A stretch of 63,857 nt of DNA, the filler included, from an uncultured Gemmatimonadota bacterium (lineage in GTDB: Bacteria > GCA-2686955), in NCBI GenBank assembly GCA_964490075.1. It is 6 parts of 6 records of this genome, joined end to end, with 100 filler letters (N's around TTAATTAATTAA, not from the genome) between each part and the next. Parts side by side here need not be neighbours in the genome. Positions count along the whole stretch, not along the records: positions 25,018 to 35,599 come from CAZBBK010000102.1; positions 35,700 to 46,237 come from CAZBBK010000103.1; 4 more parts are not named here. One strand, 5' to 3'. The stretch's first letter is position 1, and every line of letters starts with the position of its first letter. The notes beneath the pieces are model-generated. The model was not told the origin of the DNA. It made no database searches and saw nothing but the letters and a program-made list of their open reading frames with translations. Positions 30,653 through 41,367 of the stretch are shown piece by piece. The position numbers and the translations under genes are program-made.

Positions 30653-30710
30653 CGATGCCAAATCGTTGCCGGCCGAACCGGGCGCGCTCCGGGCGGCCGG
30701 CAACGGACAG

Positions 30711-32321
30711 TCACCGGAAGATCGTCACCACCCCGTCCCCGGGCACCTCGATCCAGAGCAGCCCCTCGCATCGCTCCACGACCTTCCCGCCGGCCACGCG
30801 GGCCCCGGAAGCGAGGCCGCGGATCGCCAGCAGCGCCGGTCGTGAGTGCGGCGACACTTCGAAGATCCAACCGCTGTCGATCGCGGAATAGCGCGCCTCA
30901 CGCCCCGGCCCGTCGAACTCCCGGATCTGCGCCGATCCCGCGGCGGACGGGCCCGCGACCAGAAAGACGTCGGCTCCCTCCGATCCGGGGACCGCCCCCA
31001 GCCCCGGCACCCCTTGCTGCGCCCGCAAGGGGATGATCGATCCCTCGCGCTGGTAGAGCGGGATCTCGTCGAGCGGCACCTCGCGCCGAATGATCGATCC
31101 GCCCCTGTGACGCGATCCGTCCCACCAGTCGATCCAGTGGCCGAAGAGGGGAAAGCGGATCCAGCGCCTGCTCTTCTTGGTCACCATCGGCGCCACGAAG
31201 AGGTCCTTGCCCAGCCGGTAGTTCCAGGTGCCGACGAGCGGCTCCACCACGCCGTCGCCGCGCTCCCAGGCCCGCGCTCCCTCGGTCATCAGGTAGGGGA
31301 TCAGGGCCTGGTGCAGGAGCACGTAGTCGCGGTAGATATCGAGTGTCTCCTGGTCGAAGATCCACGGGCGGTGCTCACCCGAGCCGCCGTTCTCCATGAG
31401 CGGCATCAGGGCGCCCATCTGCGCCCAGCGGATCAACAGCTCTTTGGTCCTGCCCAGCTCGCTTTCGGTGGTGCGAAACCCGCCGATATCCGATCCGATG
31501 TTGACATAGTTGCGCCAGGCCGAATGGAAGAGGTTGCCGAGGGCGACCCGCAAGCCGCGAAATGTCGCATCCTGGTCGCCGACCCAGCCCGCCATCAGCA
31601 CATCGTGGGGACTGAACGACCAGTGCAGAACCCCGTCGACGGAGTCGACCGGTCGCGACATGATGACTCGATCGTCGCCTAATACCTCGCGCGTGTAGTA
31701 GAAGAAGTCGCGGTAGTAGAGGTCGGCGTAGCTACGCGGCCGCAGCACGCCGGCGTGGCCCCTCGGGATCCCCAGCAAGACGGTGTAGAACTCCGTGCCG
31801 TCGGTCTTCCAGCCGTCGATTCCGAGATCGAGCACGCCGTCCATCATCTCGTGCCAGTAGTCGAGCGCCGCGGGATTCGTGTAGTCGATGAAGCTGCCTT
31901 CGCCCTTCCACCACTCCACGGTCGCGCCCTCGTTCAGGAAGTAGCCCCGATCGAAGGCGTGCTGGTAGTTCGGCGAGTCGACGTTGATCATCGACGTGAT
32001 CCACAAGAGCACGCGCACGCCCAACGCGTGGACCTCGTCGACCATCTGCCGCGGATCCGGATACAGGGTCTCGTCGAACTCGAAAGTGTTGTAGCCGGTC
32101 TCCCACGGTGAGTCGATCACCAGCGCGCCCACCGGCACGTCGCGGTCGAGGTAACCCCGAACCAGGGCCGTGGCCGACTCCCGGGTTCCCTCGTTCTCCC
32201 AGACCCAGTGGTGATGCACCCACTCCGGCCAGGGCACCGGGTCCAGATCGGCCGCTTCGATTCCCAGGGCGGCGCTCGCGCAGCCGAGCAGCCCACAGAG
32301 GCTCAATTCCACAGATCTCAT
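30711..32321 (-). CDS. Glycoside hydrolase family 31 (secreted)
   Basis: IDSPWE, IDYTNPAA, GIDGWKTDG nucleophile, WVGDQ, GSDIGGF, ELLIRWAQ. Start at ATG 32321. Confidence 0.9.
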   Translation of the reverse strand: MRSVELSLCGLLGCASAALGIEAADLDPVPWPEWVHHHWVWENEGTRESATALVRGYLDRDVPVGALVIDSPWETGYNTFEFDETLYPDPRQMVDEVHALGVRVLLWITSMINVDSPNYQHAFDRGYFLNEGATVEWWKGEGSFIDYTNPAALDYWHEMMDGVLDLGIDGWKTDGTEFYTVLLGIPRGHAGVLRPRSYADLYYRDFFYYTREVLGDDRVIMSRPVDSVDGVLHWSFSPHDVLMAGWVGDQDATFRGLRVALGNLFHSAWRNYVNIGSDIGGFRTTESELGRTKELLIRWAQMGALMPLMENGGSGEHRPWIFDQETLDIYRDYVLLHQALIPYLMTEGARAWERGDGVVEPLVGTWNYRLGKDLFVAPMVTKKSRRWIRFPLFGHWIDWWDGSRHRGGSIIRREVPLDEIPLYQREGSIIPLRAQQGVPGLGAVPGSEGADVFLVAGPSAAGSAQIREFDGPGREARYSAIDSGWIFEVSPHSRPALLAIRGLASGARVAGGKVVERCEGLLWIEVPGDGVVTIFR

Positions 32322-32427
32322 CGCTCGTCTCTCGAGGCTTCGGTGTGGAGGTTTCCTCCGGGTGGCCGATCGCAGGAAGGCGCTCTCCTTGAATCGACCC
32401 TCCGGGGTCGGAATCGGTCCAGTCCCC

Positions 32428-35400
32428 ATGAGCATATCCTCCAAGATCTTCGCGGCGCTGATCCCGGCTATCGGCCTGGGCGCGGCGCAGGCCGCCACCA
32501 GGCCACCGCCGGCGGCCGTGGTCGAGCTCCTGGAAAGCTCGGAACGCCTTGTCCGACTGCGCGTTCGGAGCGACTTCCCGGAGCTGCGCGACGCCGCCGA
32601 CGGGCGCGTGCGCTCGCTCCATCTGGCCGGTGCCGGACTGCGCTCTCAGCCCGGCGAGCCGGTGCTGCCGGCGGTGGTCCGTGTGCTCGCCCTGCCCTTC
32701 CCCGACACCCCGGTGCGAGTGCGTCTCGCCGCGGTCGACCAGGAGCCGATCGCCGTGGGGCCGATTCCGGTCCTGCCGCAGCCTCGCGGCAGCGATCCCG
32801 CCCTTGGCGCCCAATCCGCCGCCAAGCCCCGCGCGCATCCCGACGACCGGCGTCTCTGGCCGGCGCAGCCCTACGCCGTCGACCGGCTGACCCATCGCGG
32901 CCTCCACCTGGCGCGGATCGCCTTCTACCCGGTCGCGCTGCGGCCGGCGTCCGGCGAAGGTGTCCTGAGGCGCTCGGCCGAGCTCGAGATCTCGCTGGAT
33001 CCACCGGCGCGGCCGATTCCACCGCGCAGCATCTCGCCGCGGCCGATCGACTCCCGCCTCGCCGCGCTGCTGCTCAACCCGGCCGCCGCCGCCCGCTGGC
33101 GCCGCCGGCCCGCCGCTCTGGCCGCGCAGGCGCTGGCCGCCTCACCGCCGCCGCTGCGGCCGCTGGGCGGCGCCGCCCCCATCCTGCGCGTCGTGGTCGA
33201 CTCCGACCGCATGACGGCACTGACCGGTGCCCAGATCGCCGACGCCGGGGTCGATCTGCGGCAGGTCGACCTGGCCACCCTGGCTCTGACCGAGCGCGGC
33301 GCCAGCGAGCCGATCCTGATCGAGGACGGCGACGACGGCGATCTCGATCGAGGCGACCGCATCCTCTTCTACGGTCGCGCGCCGCGCGGCGTCGACCGCT
33401 ACTTCGACCCCTTTACCACCGAGAACGTCTACCTCCTGACCTGGGGGGGAGCACCCGGTGCGCGCCTGATTCGCGAGGATGCGGCGCCCGCCGAGCGCAA
33501 TCCGAGCCTCTACATCGAGCCGGCCTCGTTCCGCTGGACCGTGCACGCCGAGCGCGATTCGATCTTCTCGCGCCTGGGCCAGGAGGGCACGCCGGGCATC
33601 GAGCATTGGTTCTGGCGCTCGGTGCGCGCCCCCACCCTCTCGGTGGTCGGCATCGATCTCCCCGCACCCGACCTGCTCGGTTCGGCCGCGGCCGTCACGC
33701 TGCGCCTCCAGGGCGCCACCTTCCCGCCCGCGTACCCCGATCACCATCTAGAGCTCTACATCAACAGCCAGTCGCTCGACGACGTCACCTTCGACGGCCA
33801 GGTCGCGGTCGTGCACCAGGCCGACGACGTACCGGTGGCGCGGCTGCGGGACGGCGCCAACGAGATCAGTCTGGTGGCTCCCGGCGACACCCCGGCCGAG
33901 AACCTGGACGAGGTCTTCCTCGATTGGGTCGAGGTCGACTACGACCGGCTCTTCGTCGCCGCCGGCGGCATCCTCGACTTCGCCGCCCCAGCCAACGCAT
34001 CGCCCGGTCTCTACCAGTTCCGCCTCGACGGCTTCGAATCGGACCAGATCCGCATCTTCAAGCTCGGCGTCGGCGAGATGGAGAACGGAGTGCTGAGCCG
34101 GGGGCGCATCAAGGGCACCCACGAGATCACCATCCAGGACCGCCTGGTCACGCCCGAGGTGCGCTACGTTGCCCTCGAAGCGGACCGATTCGACCATCCG
34201 CTGCGCGTCGAGCTGGCGCCCGACGGACCCGACCTGCGTGACCCTTCGCTGGCCGCCCAGCTTCTGGTGGTAGCTCCCGCCGAGTTCGTGGAGACACTTG
34301 AGCCCCTCATCGCCTGGAAGATCGCCGGTGGCACCACGACGACTCTGGCGGTGCTGGAAGATGTCTTCCACCAGTTCGGCGGCGGCCGTCCCAGCCCGGA
34401 GGCGTTGCGTACACTGATTCGCAGCGCCATCGCCACCTGGAGCGCGCCGGCGCTGGAAAGTGTGCTCTTGGTCGGAGACGGGAGCTGGGACTTTCGCAAC
34501 ATCCAGCAGGGCGACTCGCTCGAGAACCGCGTGCCCGCTGGGATGGACTACAACATCAACTGGGGCCATACCTCGTCCGATAACTGGTTCGGTCTCACCG
34601 GCGACGATGCCGTCCTCTCGGAAATCCCGATCGGGCGCTGGACGGTGCGCACGGTCGACGAGCTGCAGGTCCTCATCGACAAGACCCTTGGCTACGCCGC
34701 CGGCGGCGATTGGCTTGCCAAGGTCGAGATGATCGGGGGCAACGGACAGGAGTTCCGCGATCGGGCCGAGCAGCTGATTCGTGAGAGCCTCCCGTCGCAT
34801 TTGAAGCCGCAGCGGGTCTACACCAGCGAGGACCAGACTCGCGAGCGCGACCCGCATTTCCGCGGTGGACCCGAGCTCACCCGTGATCTCGATCGCGGAG
34901 TGTCGCTCGCCAATTTCCAGGGCCATGGCGGCGGCGGCATCTGGTCCGACGCCGACCTCCTGGACATCGAGGACGTGCCGCTCCTTCGCAACGGCGACAA
35001 GCTCCCGATCGTCTTCTCCTTGACCTGCTACACCGGCTCCTTCGCCGATCCCGGTCCGGCAGCGATCGGCGAAGTGTTCCTCACCGAACCGGACAAGGGA
35101 GCCATCGCTTTTCTGGGCTCGTCCGGTTTCTCCTACTCGCTCCAGGGCCACGAGCTGAACCGCCATCTCTTCGATACCGTCTTCGATCCCGAACGTGGCG
35201 ACCGATCGCTGGGTGAATCGGTGCTGCTCGCGAAGCGACAGTTCTACCTCGAAAACGACGGTCTGGTGCCGCGCGACATCGTCCGCGCCTACAACCTGTT
35301 CGCCGATCCGACGCTGGTCCCCGCCTTCCCCACGGCCGAGCTCGAGGTAGCGGCCGATCCCCAGGCCGCGGTGCTCGGCGGCAGCGTGGCCGTCAGCGGC

Positions 35401-35599
35401 TCCGGGGCCGAGGCGGGCGCGGCGGTGGTGATCGAGCTCAACGACGGCGACGAGGCGCTGCAGGCCGAGTCGAGCGTGCTGGCCGACGCCGCTGGTGCTT
35501 TCCAGGCTACCGTCGACGTCGGCGCACAAGGGACGCCGGGCGCGTGGACCTTGCGCGCGAATTCGGGCGGCCGTTGGGGTGCGGCCAGGCTGGGGGTGG
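32428..35599 (+). CDS. C25 (gingipain-family) cysteine peptidase, PorU-like (3' truncated)
   Basis: Signal peptide, propeptide (GEPVLP), ILFYG, VLLVGDGSWD, SDNWF, IGRW, NFQGHG (His), SLTCYTG (Cys), YNLFADP. Confidence 0.88.
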
Positions 35600-35699
35600 N
35601 NNNNNNNNNNNNNNNNNNNNNNNNNNNNNNNNNNNNNNNNNNNTTAATTAATTAANNNNNNNNNNNNNNNNNNNNNNNNNNNNNNNNNNNNNNNNNNNN

Positions 35700-36026
35700 T
35701 TGCGGAATTTCTGGCCCGATTTGCGGCAGGAATTGTGGGAGCATGACAAGTAGTTCCAGTCGCCACCTGCCCAGCCGTTGTTTCCCCACCAGTGCACGAC
35801 GTGCTCCGCTGCACTCGTGCAGAGAAAGATATCTTCGGGTGGTTGGTAGGTCACATCGAAGCGCGGGTTCTCCAGGAAGTTGATCGCCTTCGCGGGCTGG
35901 ACGCCCCAATCGGCGAGCGCGGAGCGCGCCAGGAACAGAATCACGGCGATCGCGAGCGCGGCTACCGCGGATCGATGCGGCCGCCTACGGTACCTGAGAC
36001 CTGAGACCTGAGACCTGAGACGTCAT
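35700..36026 (-). pseudogene. Secreted protein gene frameshifted by a 7-bp tandem repeat (putative phase-variable OFF state), 3' truncated
   Basis: SD AAGGGGGG and ATG 36026. Four GTCTCAG units lead to TAG at 35985-35987; three units would give MTSQVSGLRYRRRPHRSAVAALAIAVILFLARSALA-DWG..., a full signal peptide. Confidence 0.6.
35994..36021. repeat. Heptanucleotide simple sequence repeat (CTGAGAC)4
   Basis: Four perfect copies. Confidence 0.95.
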
Positions 36027-36332
36027 GACGTCCCCCCTTCTTGAGTTTGGGTCTTCTGGGTGTTCATCTTCTTCGGCCCGCGACCCGATCTCCGCCCCCG
36101 GCCCCTCCTCCAGGGCCCTCGTGGTCGTGGATCGAGCGTGGGACTCTTCCACTGGGGACCATAGCAGGAATCGGCGGTCGTGCGCTGGTGGGATCGGCGC
36201 CTCGCCTCTCCGGTCACGCGGGTCAGCGCTTCACCCTCCGGGGGGCTGATTTCGACCCCATCCGGCGCCGTCCGGCGCGGTGCTGCTGCGCCAAATGGTT
36301 GCCCGCCAACGCCGTCGCGTCCTGGGCGGCGC

Positions 36333-36348
36333 CGGCACGCCGCTTGCG
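36333..36348 (+). promoter_or_regulatory. Putative sigma54 -24/-12 promoter upstream of ssb
   Basis: CGGCAC-GCCGC-TTGC has GG-N10-GC spacing, ~80 bp before the ATG. Confidence 0.5.
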
Positions 36349-36428
36349 ATCATCAGCACGGCGCCGCAAGCCGCTCGATCGCGAGCCTGCGCAGCGGCGT
36401 CCACTCGACGAACGAAAGGAAGATCGAA

Positions 36429-36836
36429 ATGTCGGAACGACTCTCGATGCCGGATCTGAACCGTGTCTCCGTGGCCGGTCGTCTCACCGCCGATCCCGAC
36501 CACCTGGTGCTGCCCTCCGGGCAGGAGCGCACCCGCATGCGCATCGCCCAGAATCGTCGCTACAAGGGTCGCGATGGCGAGCTCCAGACCGAGGACAACT
36601 TCTTCTCGGTGATCGCCTGGAACCGCCTGGCGGTGGTCTGCGGGGAGCATCTGCACAAGGGCAGCCCGGTGCTGGTGGAAGGGCGCCTGCACCAGGGGCG
36701 CTGGGTCAACGGCGAGGGGGAGCCGCGGGACTCGGTGGAGGTGGTGGCCCGGCGGGTCCATTTCCTGGGGCGGCCGGCCGGGGGCAGCGAGAACGGCGAT
36801 CTGGCCCGCGTCGAGCCCCAGACGCAGGAGGGGTGA
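36429..36836 (+). CDS. ssb: Single-stranded DNA-binding protein (no acidic DDDIPF tail)
   Basis: LNRVSVAGRLTADP, VIAWNRLA, LHKGSPVLVEGRL. AAAGGA RBS. Confidence 0.9.
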   Translation: MSERLSMPDLNRVSVAGRLTADPDHLVLPSGQERTRMRIAQNRRYKGRDGELQTEDNFFSVIAWNRLAVVCGEHLHKGSPVLVEGRLHQGRWVNGEGEPRDSVEVVARRVHFLGRPAGGSENGDLARVEPQTQEG

Positions 36837-36941
36837 GGCCAGCGCGAGCTTGCTCGTTCGGACCACGCCCGTGTAGCCTGCCGGCGCCTCCCGCCGGCGG
36901 GCCTCCTACCGGCCGCAGATCCCCACAGCGAAGGAATCCTC

Positions 36942-37754
36942 TTGCCCAGCCCGAGATCGCTTCGATCCGCCGGCGTGTTGCTCGCGCTCGCTACCATGCT
37001 GGTCGTGGCCTGCGCCGGACAGAACGTCCCGGCCGAGGTGCGGGCCTCCTATGCCGTGGCGATCGGAGAGCAGATCATTGGCGAGAGCAAGGTGCGCTAC
37101 CGCCTTCTCGAGCGCGACGATCGCCGCGTCCTCTCGATCGAGGCGCAGACCGTGCTCGAAGGATCGGGCGTGACCGTCTACGACTCCACGCGGGTCGAGC
37201 TCGACGCCGCGACCCACCTGCCGATCCGCTCCCGCAAGGTCATTCTCGCCGGAACGGAGCGCAAGTACGCCAATGCGCTCTACCAGGACAGCACGGTGAT
37301 CGTGACTTCCGGAACCCCGCAGGGGGTCTTCCCGCTCTACATCCCCCGCGACACCGTCATGGTCGACAAGGAGCAGCTCAATCTGGGCATCGGGCTGACC
37401 GATCACGGCGTCGATCGCCCGGCGATCCTGCGTGCCGTCTCCGCCGACGGACAGCAGCAGCTGCGCGTCGGGGTGCGCGAGCAGGGCCGCGAGGAGATCA
37501 CCATTCCGCTGGGCACCGTGGCGGCGCGCAAGCTGCGGCTCGGGGTGCGGCGCCACCAGCCGCCGACCACCTTCGACCACCCGGAGCACGAGGTCTTCCT
37601 CTGGATCGGCGACGATGGGCGCCTGTTGCGCTACCACGATGCGGAGCTCGAGGCGCTCTGGCTCTTGAAGTCGTTCCAGGGCGATCTCACACCCTTCCGG
37701 CTGGACTCGGGGACCGCGCGGTCCCTCTTGACACCCGACGCGATCGAGCCGTAG
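36942..37754 (+). CDS. Hypothetical lipoprotein
   Basis: LVVA-C lipobox; EEITIPLGTV...FLWIGDDGRLLRY. Confidence 0.7.
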   Translation: MPSPRSLRSAGVLLALATMLVVACAGQNVPAEVRASYAVAIGEQIIGESKVRYRLLERDDRRVLSIEAQTVLEGSGVTVYDSTRVELDAATHLPIRSRKVILAGTERKYANALYQDSTVIVTSGTPQGVFPLYIPRDTVMVDKEQLNLGIGLTDHGVDRPAILRAVSADGQQQLRVGVREQGREEITIPLGTVAARKLRLGVRRHQPPTTFDHPEHEVFLWIGDDGRLLRYHDAELEALWLLKSFQGDLTPFRLDSGTARSLLTPDAIEP

Positions 37755-37995
37755 CGTCGTCGGTCTGCGCAAACGCGCCGATAGAGCTTCGCCGGCGCCC
37801 GCGCAGCCCTCGATCCATGGCGGCAACGCACCCCGGACCGGAACCCAGGACCGCGGCTCGGGCGATCGATCGCGCCTCGATGCCGATCGCCGGGAGCCCG
37901 GGACGGGGGGCGCACTCCTGTAGCTTCGTCACCGAATCAGAGGGCTCTCCATCCAAGCCACCCGGGCCCCGGAGGGGGCCGCATCAGGGGATGCC

Positions 37996-40083
37996 ATGAA
38001 GCGGTATGCGTCGGAAGACATTCGGAACATTGCACTCATTGGCCACGGCACCGCCGGGAAGACGACACTCGCGGAAGCGTGCTTGCATGTGACGGGTGCC
38101 ACCGGCCGCATGGGCAGCATCGACGACGGGACGACGGCCTTCGACTACCTGGAAGAGGAGATCGACAAGAAGTTCACGGTTTCGACCGCGGTCGCCTTCG
38201 CGGAGCACGGTGATCGCAAGATCAACGTGCTCGATACTCCCGGCTTCGCCGACTTCGCGGGCGAGGTCGCCGCGGCGCTGCGGGTCGCCGACGCATCGGT
38301 CGTGGTGGTGCATGCCTCGGGCGGCATCGAGGTCGGGACCGAGCGCGGCTGGCGGCAGGCCGAGGAGCGGGGGCTGCCGCGCCTGGTGTTCGTGAATCAG
38401 CTCGATCGCGAAAACGTCGATTTCGACTCGGTGCTCTCCTCGCTGCGCGAGCGCTGGGGCAACGGCGTGGCGCCCTACTCGCTGCCGATCGGATCCGGCG
38501 AGTCTCTCCAGGGCGTGATCGACGTGATGGGGGGCAAGGCCTATGTGACCACCGGCAAAGACGACGGAAGCGTCACCGAGACCGAGATTCCCGCCGAGAT
38601 GGAGGCGACCTATCAGAGCGCCAGCGAGGCCCTGATGGAGGCCGCCGCGGAGTCTGACGACGAGCTGCTCGAGAAGTACTTCGAGGAGGGCACGCTCTCG
38701 CGCGAAGAGATCGTTCGCGGGCTGCGGGCCGGAGTGGTCGGCGGCAAGGTGTTCCCGGTGTTCTGCGGCTGCGCGATCTCCAACATCGGGGTGCGGCGGC
38801 TGCTCGACGCGGTGGTCGATCTCTGCCCCACGCCTCTCGAAGCCGGCAGCTACCGGACGCTGGCCGGCGACGATGCCGAGGCCGAGCAACCGAGCGACGC
38901 CCAGGGCCCCGCGGTGGCGCTGGTGTTCAAGACCCAGGTCGAGAAGCACGTCGGCGAGCTGGCCTTCATCCGGGTCTTCAGCGGCTCGATCAAGGCCGGC
39001 GCCGACCTGCGCAACCTGAATCGAAGCGCCAACGAGCGAGTCGGCCACATCTCCGCCCTGCGGGCCAAAGACAAAATGGAGACCGCGGAGGCGGTGGCCG
39101 GCGACATCGTGGCCCTGGTCAAGCTCAAGCACACTCACACCGGCGACACCCTGGCCGCCGCGGCCGACGCTCAGCGGGTCGTGCCGCCGAGCTTCCCGGC
39201 GCCGCTCCTGTCGAACGCGATTCGCGCCAAGTCGAAGGCCGACGAGGACAAGATCGGCAACGCACTGGCCAAGCTGCGCCAGGAAGATCCCACCTTCCAC
39301 GTGAAGGCCGACGCGGAGCTCAAACAGACGGTGATCTCGGGCATGGGAGAGGTGCACCTCGATCTGATCACCAAGCGGCTGCAGAATCGCTACGGGGTCG
39401 AGGTGGAGATCTCGCAGCCGCGCATCGCTTACCGGGAGACGATCCGCGGTCGCGCCGAAGCCCACTACCGGCACAAGAAGCAGTCGGGAGGGCGCGGGCA
39501 ATTCGCCGACGTTCGGATTCGTCTGGAGCCGCGCGAGCGCGGCGCCGGCTACGAGTTCGTCAACGCCATCGTGGGCGGCGTGGTCCCCGGCAAGTTCATC
39601 CCCGCGGTCGACAAGGGCGTGCAGGAGCTGCTGCCGGAGGGGGTGCTGGCCGGCTACCCGATCGTCGACGTCCAGGTGACCCTGTACGACGGCGGTTTCC
39701 ACACCGTCGACTCCTCCGAGATGGCCTTCAAGATCGCCGCCCGGCAGGCCTTGAAGCAGGCATTCATGGAGGCCAGGCCGGTTCTGATGGAGCCGATTCT
39801 CGACGTCGCGGTGACCATTCCGGAATCGTTCATGGGTGCGGTGATGGGCGACCTGACTTCACGCCGCGGCCGCACCCAGGGCATGGATCCAGATGGCTCT
39901 TTCACCACGATTCTCGCCCAGGTTCCGGCGGCCGAGATGTACCGTTACACGACGCATCTCCGCTCGATGACCGGTGGCCGCGGCGCCTTCACCAGCACCT
40001 TCTCGCGCTACGAAGAGGTTCCGGGAGACATCGCTCCGAAGGTGATCGAGGCGGCGAAGGCCGCCAAGCAGGAGTCGGAGTAG
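37996..40083 (+). CDS. fusA: Elongation factor G paralog (EF-G2-like)
   Basis: RNIALIGHGTAGKTT, DTPGFADF, GMGEVHL, KKQSGGRGQF, VDSSEMAFK. Lacks the canonical RGITI and DTPGH motifs. Confidence 0.92.
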   Translation: MKRYASEDIRNIALIGHGTAGKTTLAEACLHVTGATGRMGSIDDGTTAFDYLEEEIDKKFTVSTAVAFAEHGDRKINVLDTPGFADFAGEVAAALRVADASVVVVHASGGIEVGTERGWRQAEERGLPRLVFVNQLDRENVDFDSVLSSLRERWGNGVAPYSLPIGSGESLQGVIDVMGGKAYVTTGKDDGSVTETEIPAEMEATYQSASEALMEAAAESDDELLEKYFEEGTLSREEIVRGLRAGVVGGKVFPVFCGCAISNIGVRRLLDAVVDLCPTPLEAGSYRTLAGDDAEAEQPSDAQGPAVALVFKTQVEKHVGELAFIRVFSGSIKAGADLRNLNRSANERVGHISALRAKDKMETAEAVAGDIVALVKLKHTHTGDTLAAAADAQRVVPPSFPAPLLSNAIRAKSKADEDKIGNALAKLRQEDPTFHVKADAELKQTVISGMGEVHLDLITKRLQNRYGVEVEISQPRIAYRETIRGRAEAHYRHKKQSGGRGQFADVRIRLEPRERGAGYEFVNAIVGGVVPGKFIPAVDKGVQELLPEGVLAGYPIVDVQVTLYDGGFHTVDSSEMAFKIAARQALKQAFMEARPVLMEPILDVAVTIPESFMGAVMGDLTSRRGRTQGMDPDGSFTTILAQVPAAEMYRYTTHLRSMTGGRGAFTSTFSRYEEVPGDIAPKVIEAAKAAKQESE

Positions 40084-40131
40084 CGAAGCGCGGGCGCGGG
40101 CCGCGTAGCGCATCCGATCGGAGGCAGCCCC

Positions 40132-40875
40132 ATGTCAGGCCACTCCAAGTGGAGCACGATTCGGCGCAAGAAAGAGAAGGTGGATGCGGCGCGTGGTCGA
40201 GTGTTCACCCGACTGATCAAGGACATCACCTCGGCGGCGCGCCAAGGGGGGGGGGATCCCGATAGCAACTCCCGGCTGCGGCTGGCGATCCAGAGCGCCA
40301 AGGCGGCCAATATGCCGGCCGACAACATCGAGCGGGCGATCAAGAAGGGCACCGGCGATCTCGACGGGCAGGTCATCGAGGAGGTGATCTACGAGGGCTA
40401 CACCCCCGGCGGGGCGGCGCTGATGCTCGAGGTGGCGACCGACAATCGCAACCGCAGCGCGGCCGCGATCCGCCACCTCTTCTCGAAGCACAACGGCTCT
40501 CTCGGCTCCTCCGGCTGCGTGAGCTGGATGTTCGACAAGCGCGGCGTGATTCTGGTCGACGCGGAAGCGGTCCACGAGGATCGAGTGATGGAAGTGGCTC
40601 TGGAGGCCGGCGCCGAGGACCTGTCGACCGAGGCCGACGTCCACCAGGTGATCACCACGCCGGACGCTTGCGACGAGGTGCGGGCCGCCATCGAAGAGGC
40701 GGGGCTGCCGATGATCTCCGCCGAGGTGACCCGGCTGCCCTCGAGCACCAAGCGCCTCGAGGGAAGCGAGGCGGTTCAGGCGGTGCGGCTGATCGGTCTG
40801 CTCGAGGAGCTGGACGACGTCGACCGGGTCTACTCCAATGCCGACGTCGACGAGAGCGTCATCGAGAACGCCTGA
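40132..40875 (+). CDS. yebC: YebC/PmpR family protein
   Basis: MSGHSKWSTIRRKK, YEGY, TDNRNR. Confidence 0.96.
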   Translation: MSGHSKWSTIRRKKEKVDAARGRVFTRLIKDITSAARQGGGDPDSNSRLRLAIQSAKAANMPADNIERAIKKGTGDLDGQVIEEVIYEGYTPGGAALMLEVATDNRNRSAAAIRHLFSKHNGSLGSSGCVSWMFDKRGVILVDAEAVHEDRVMEVALEAGAEDLSTEADVHQVITTPDACDEVRAAIEEAGLPMISAEVTRLPSSTKRLEGSEAVQAVRLIGLLEELDDVDRVYSNADVDESVIENA

Positions 40876-40878
40876 GCC

Positions 40879-41367
40879 GTGCCGGCAGCTATCGTCATGG
40901 GAGTCGACCCCGGCCTGGCCTGCACCGGGATCGGCGTGATCTCCTGCCAGGCCCGCCGCATGCGCGCCTTGTACTTCGGCACGATCCGTTCGAGGGCCGC
41001 CGATCCCCTGGCGCTGCGTCTGGCGACGATCCACCGCGAGGTGCGCGCCCTGGTGCCGCGCTTCGCGGTCAGGGCGGCGGCGATCGAGCAGGTGTTCGTG
41101 GGGCGCGGCGCGCGCTCGGCGTTGCTCCTGGGGCACGCGCGCGCCGCCGCGCTGCTGGCTCTGACGCTGGAAGAGGTCGAGGTGGGTGAATACAGCCCGG
41201 CCCAGGTCAAGCAGGCAGTCGGCGCCGGCGGGCGCGGCAGCAAGGAGCAGGTGCGCTCGCTGGTCGAGATGCTGGTGGAGGGGACTGGCGGCCCCATGGC
41301 GGTCGATGCCGCGGACGCTCTGGCGGTGGCCGTGTGCCACGTCAACCGCAAGGGAGTCGGCCGATGA
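40879..41367 (+). CDS. ruvC: Holliday junction resolvase RuvC
   Basis: MGVDPGLACTG, EQVF, YSPAQVKQAV, DAADALAVAVCH. Confidence 0.95.
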   Translation: MPAAIVMGVDPGLACTGIGVISCQARRMRALYFGTIRSRAADPLALRLATIHREVRALVPRFAVRAAAIEQVFVGRGARSALLLGHARAAALLALTLEEVEVGEYSPAQVKQAVGAGGRGSKEQVRSLVEMLVEGTGGPMAVDAADALAVAVCHVNRKGVGR

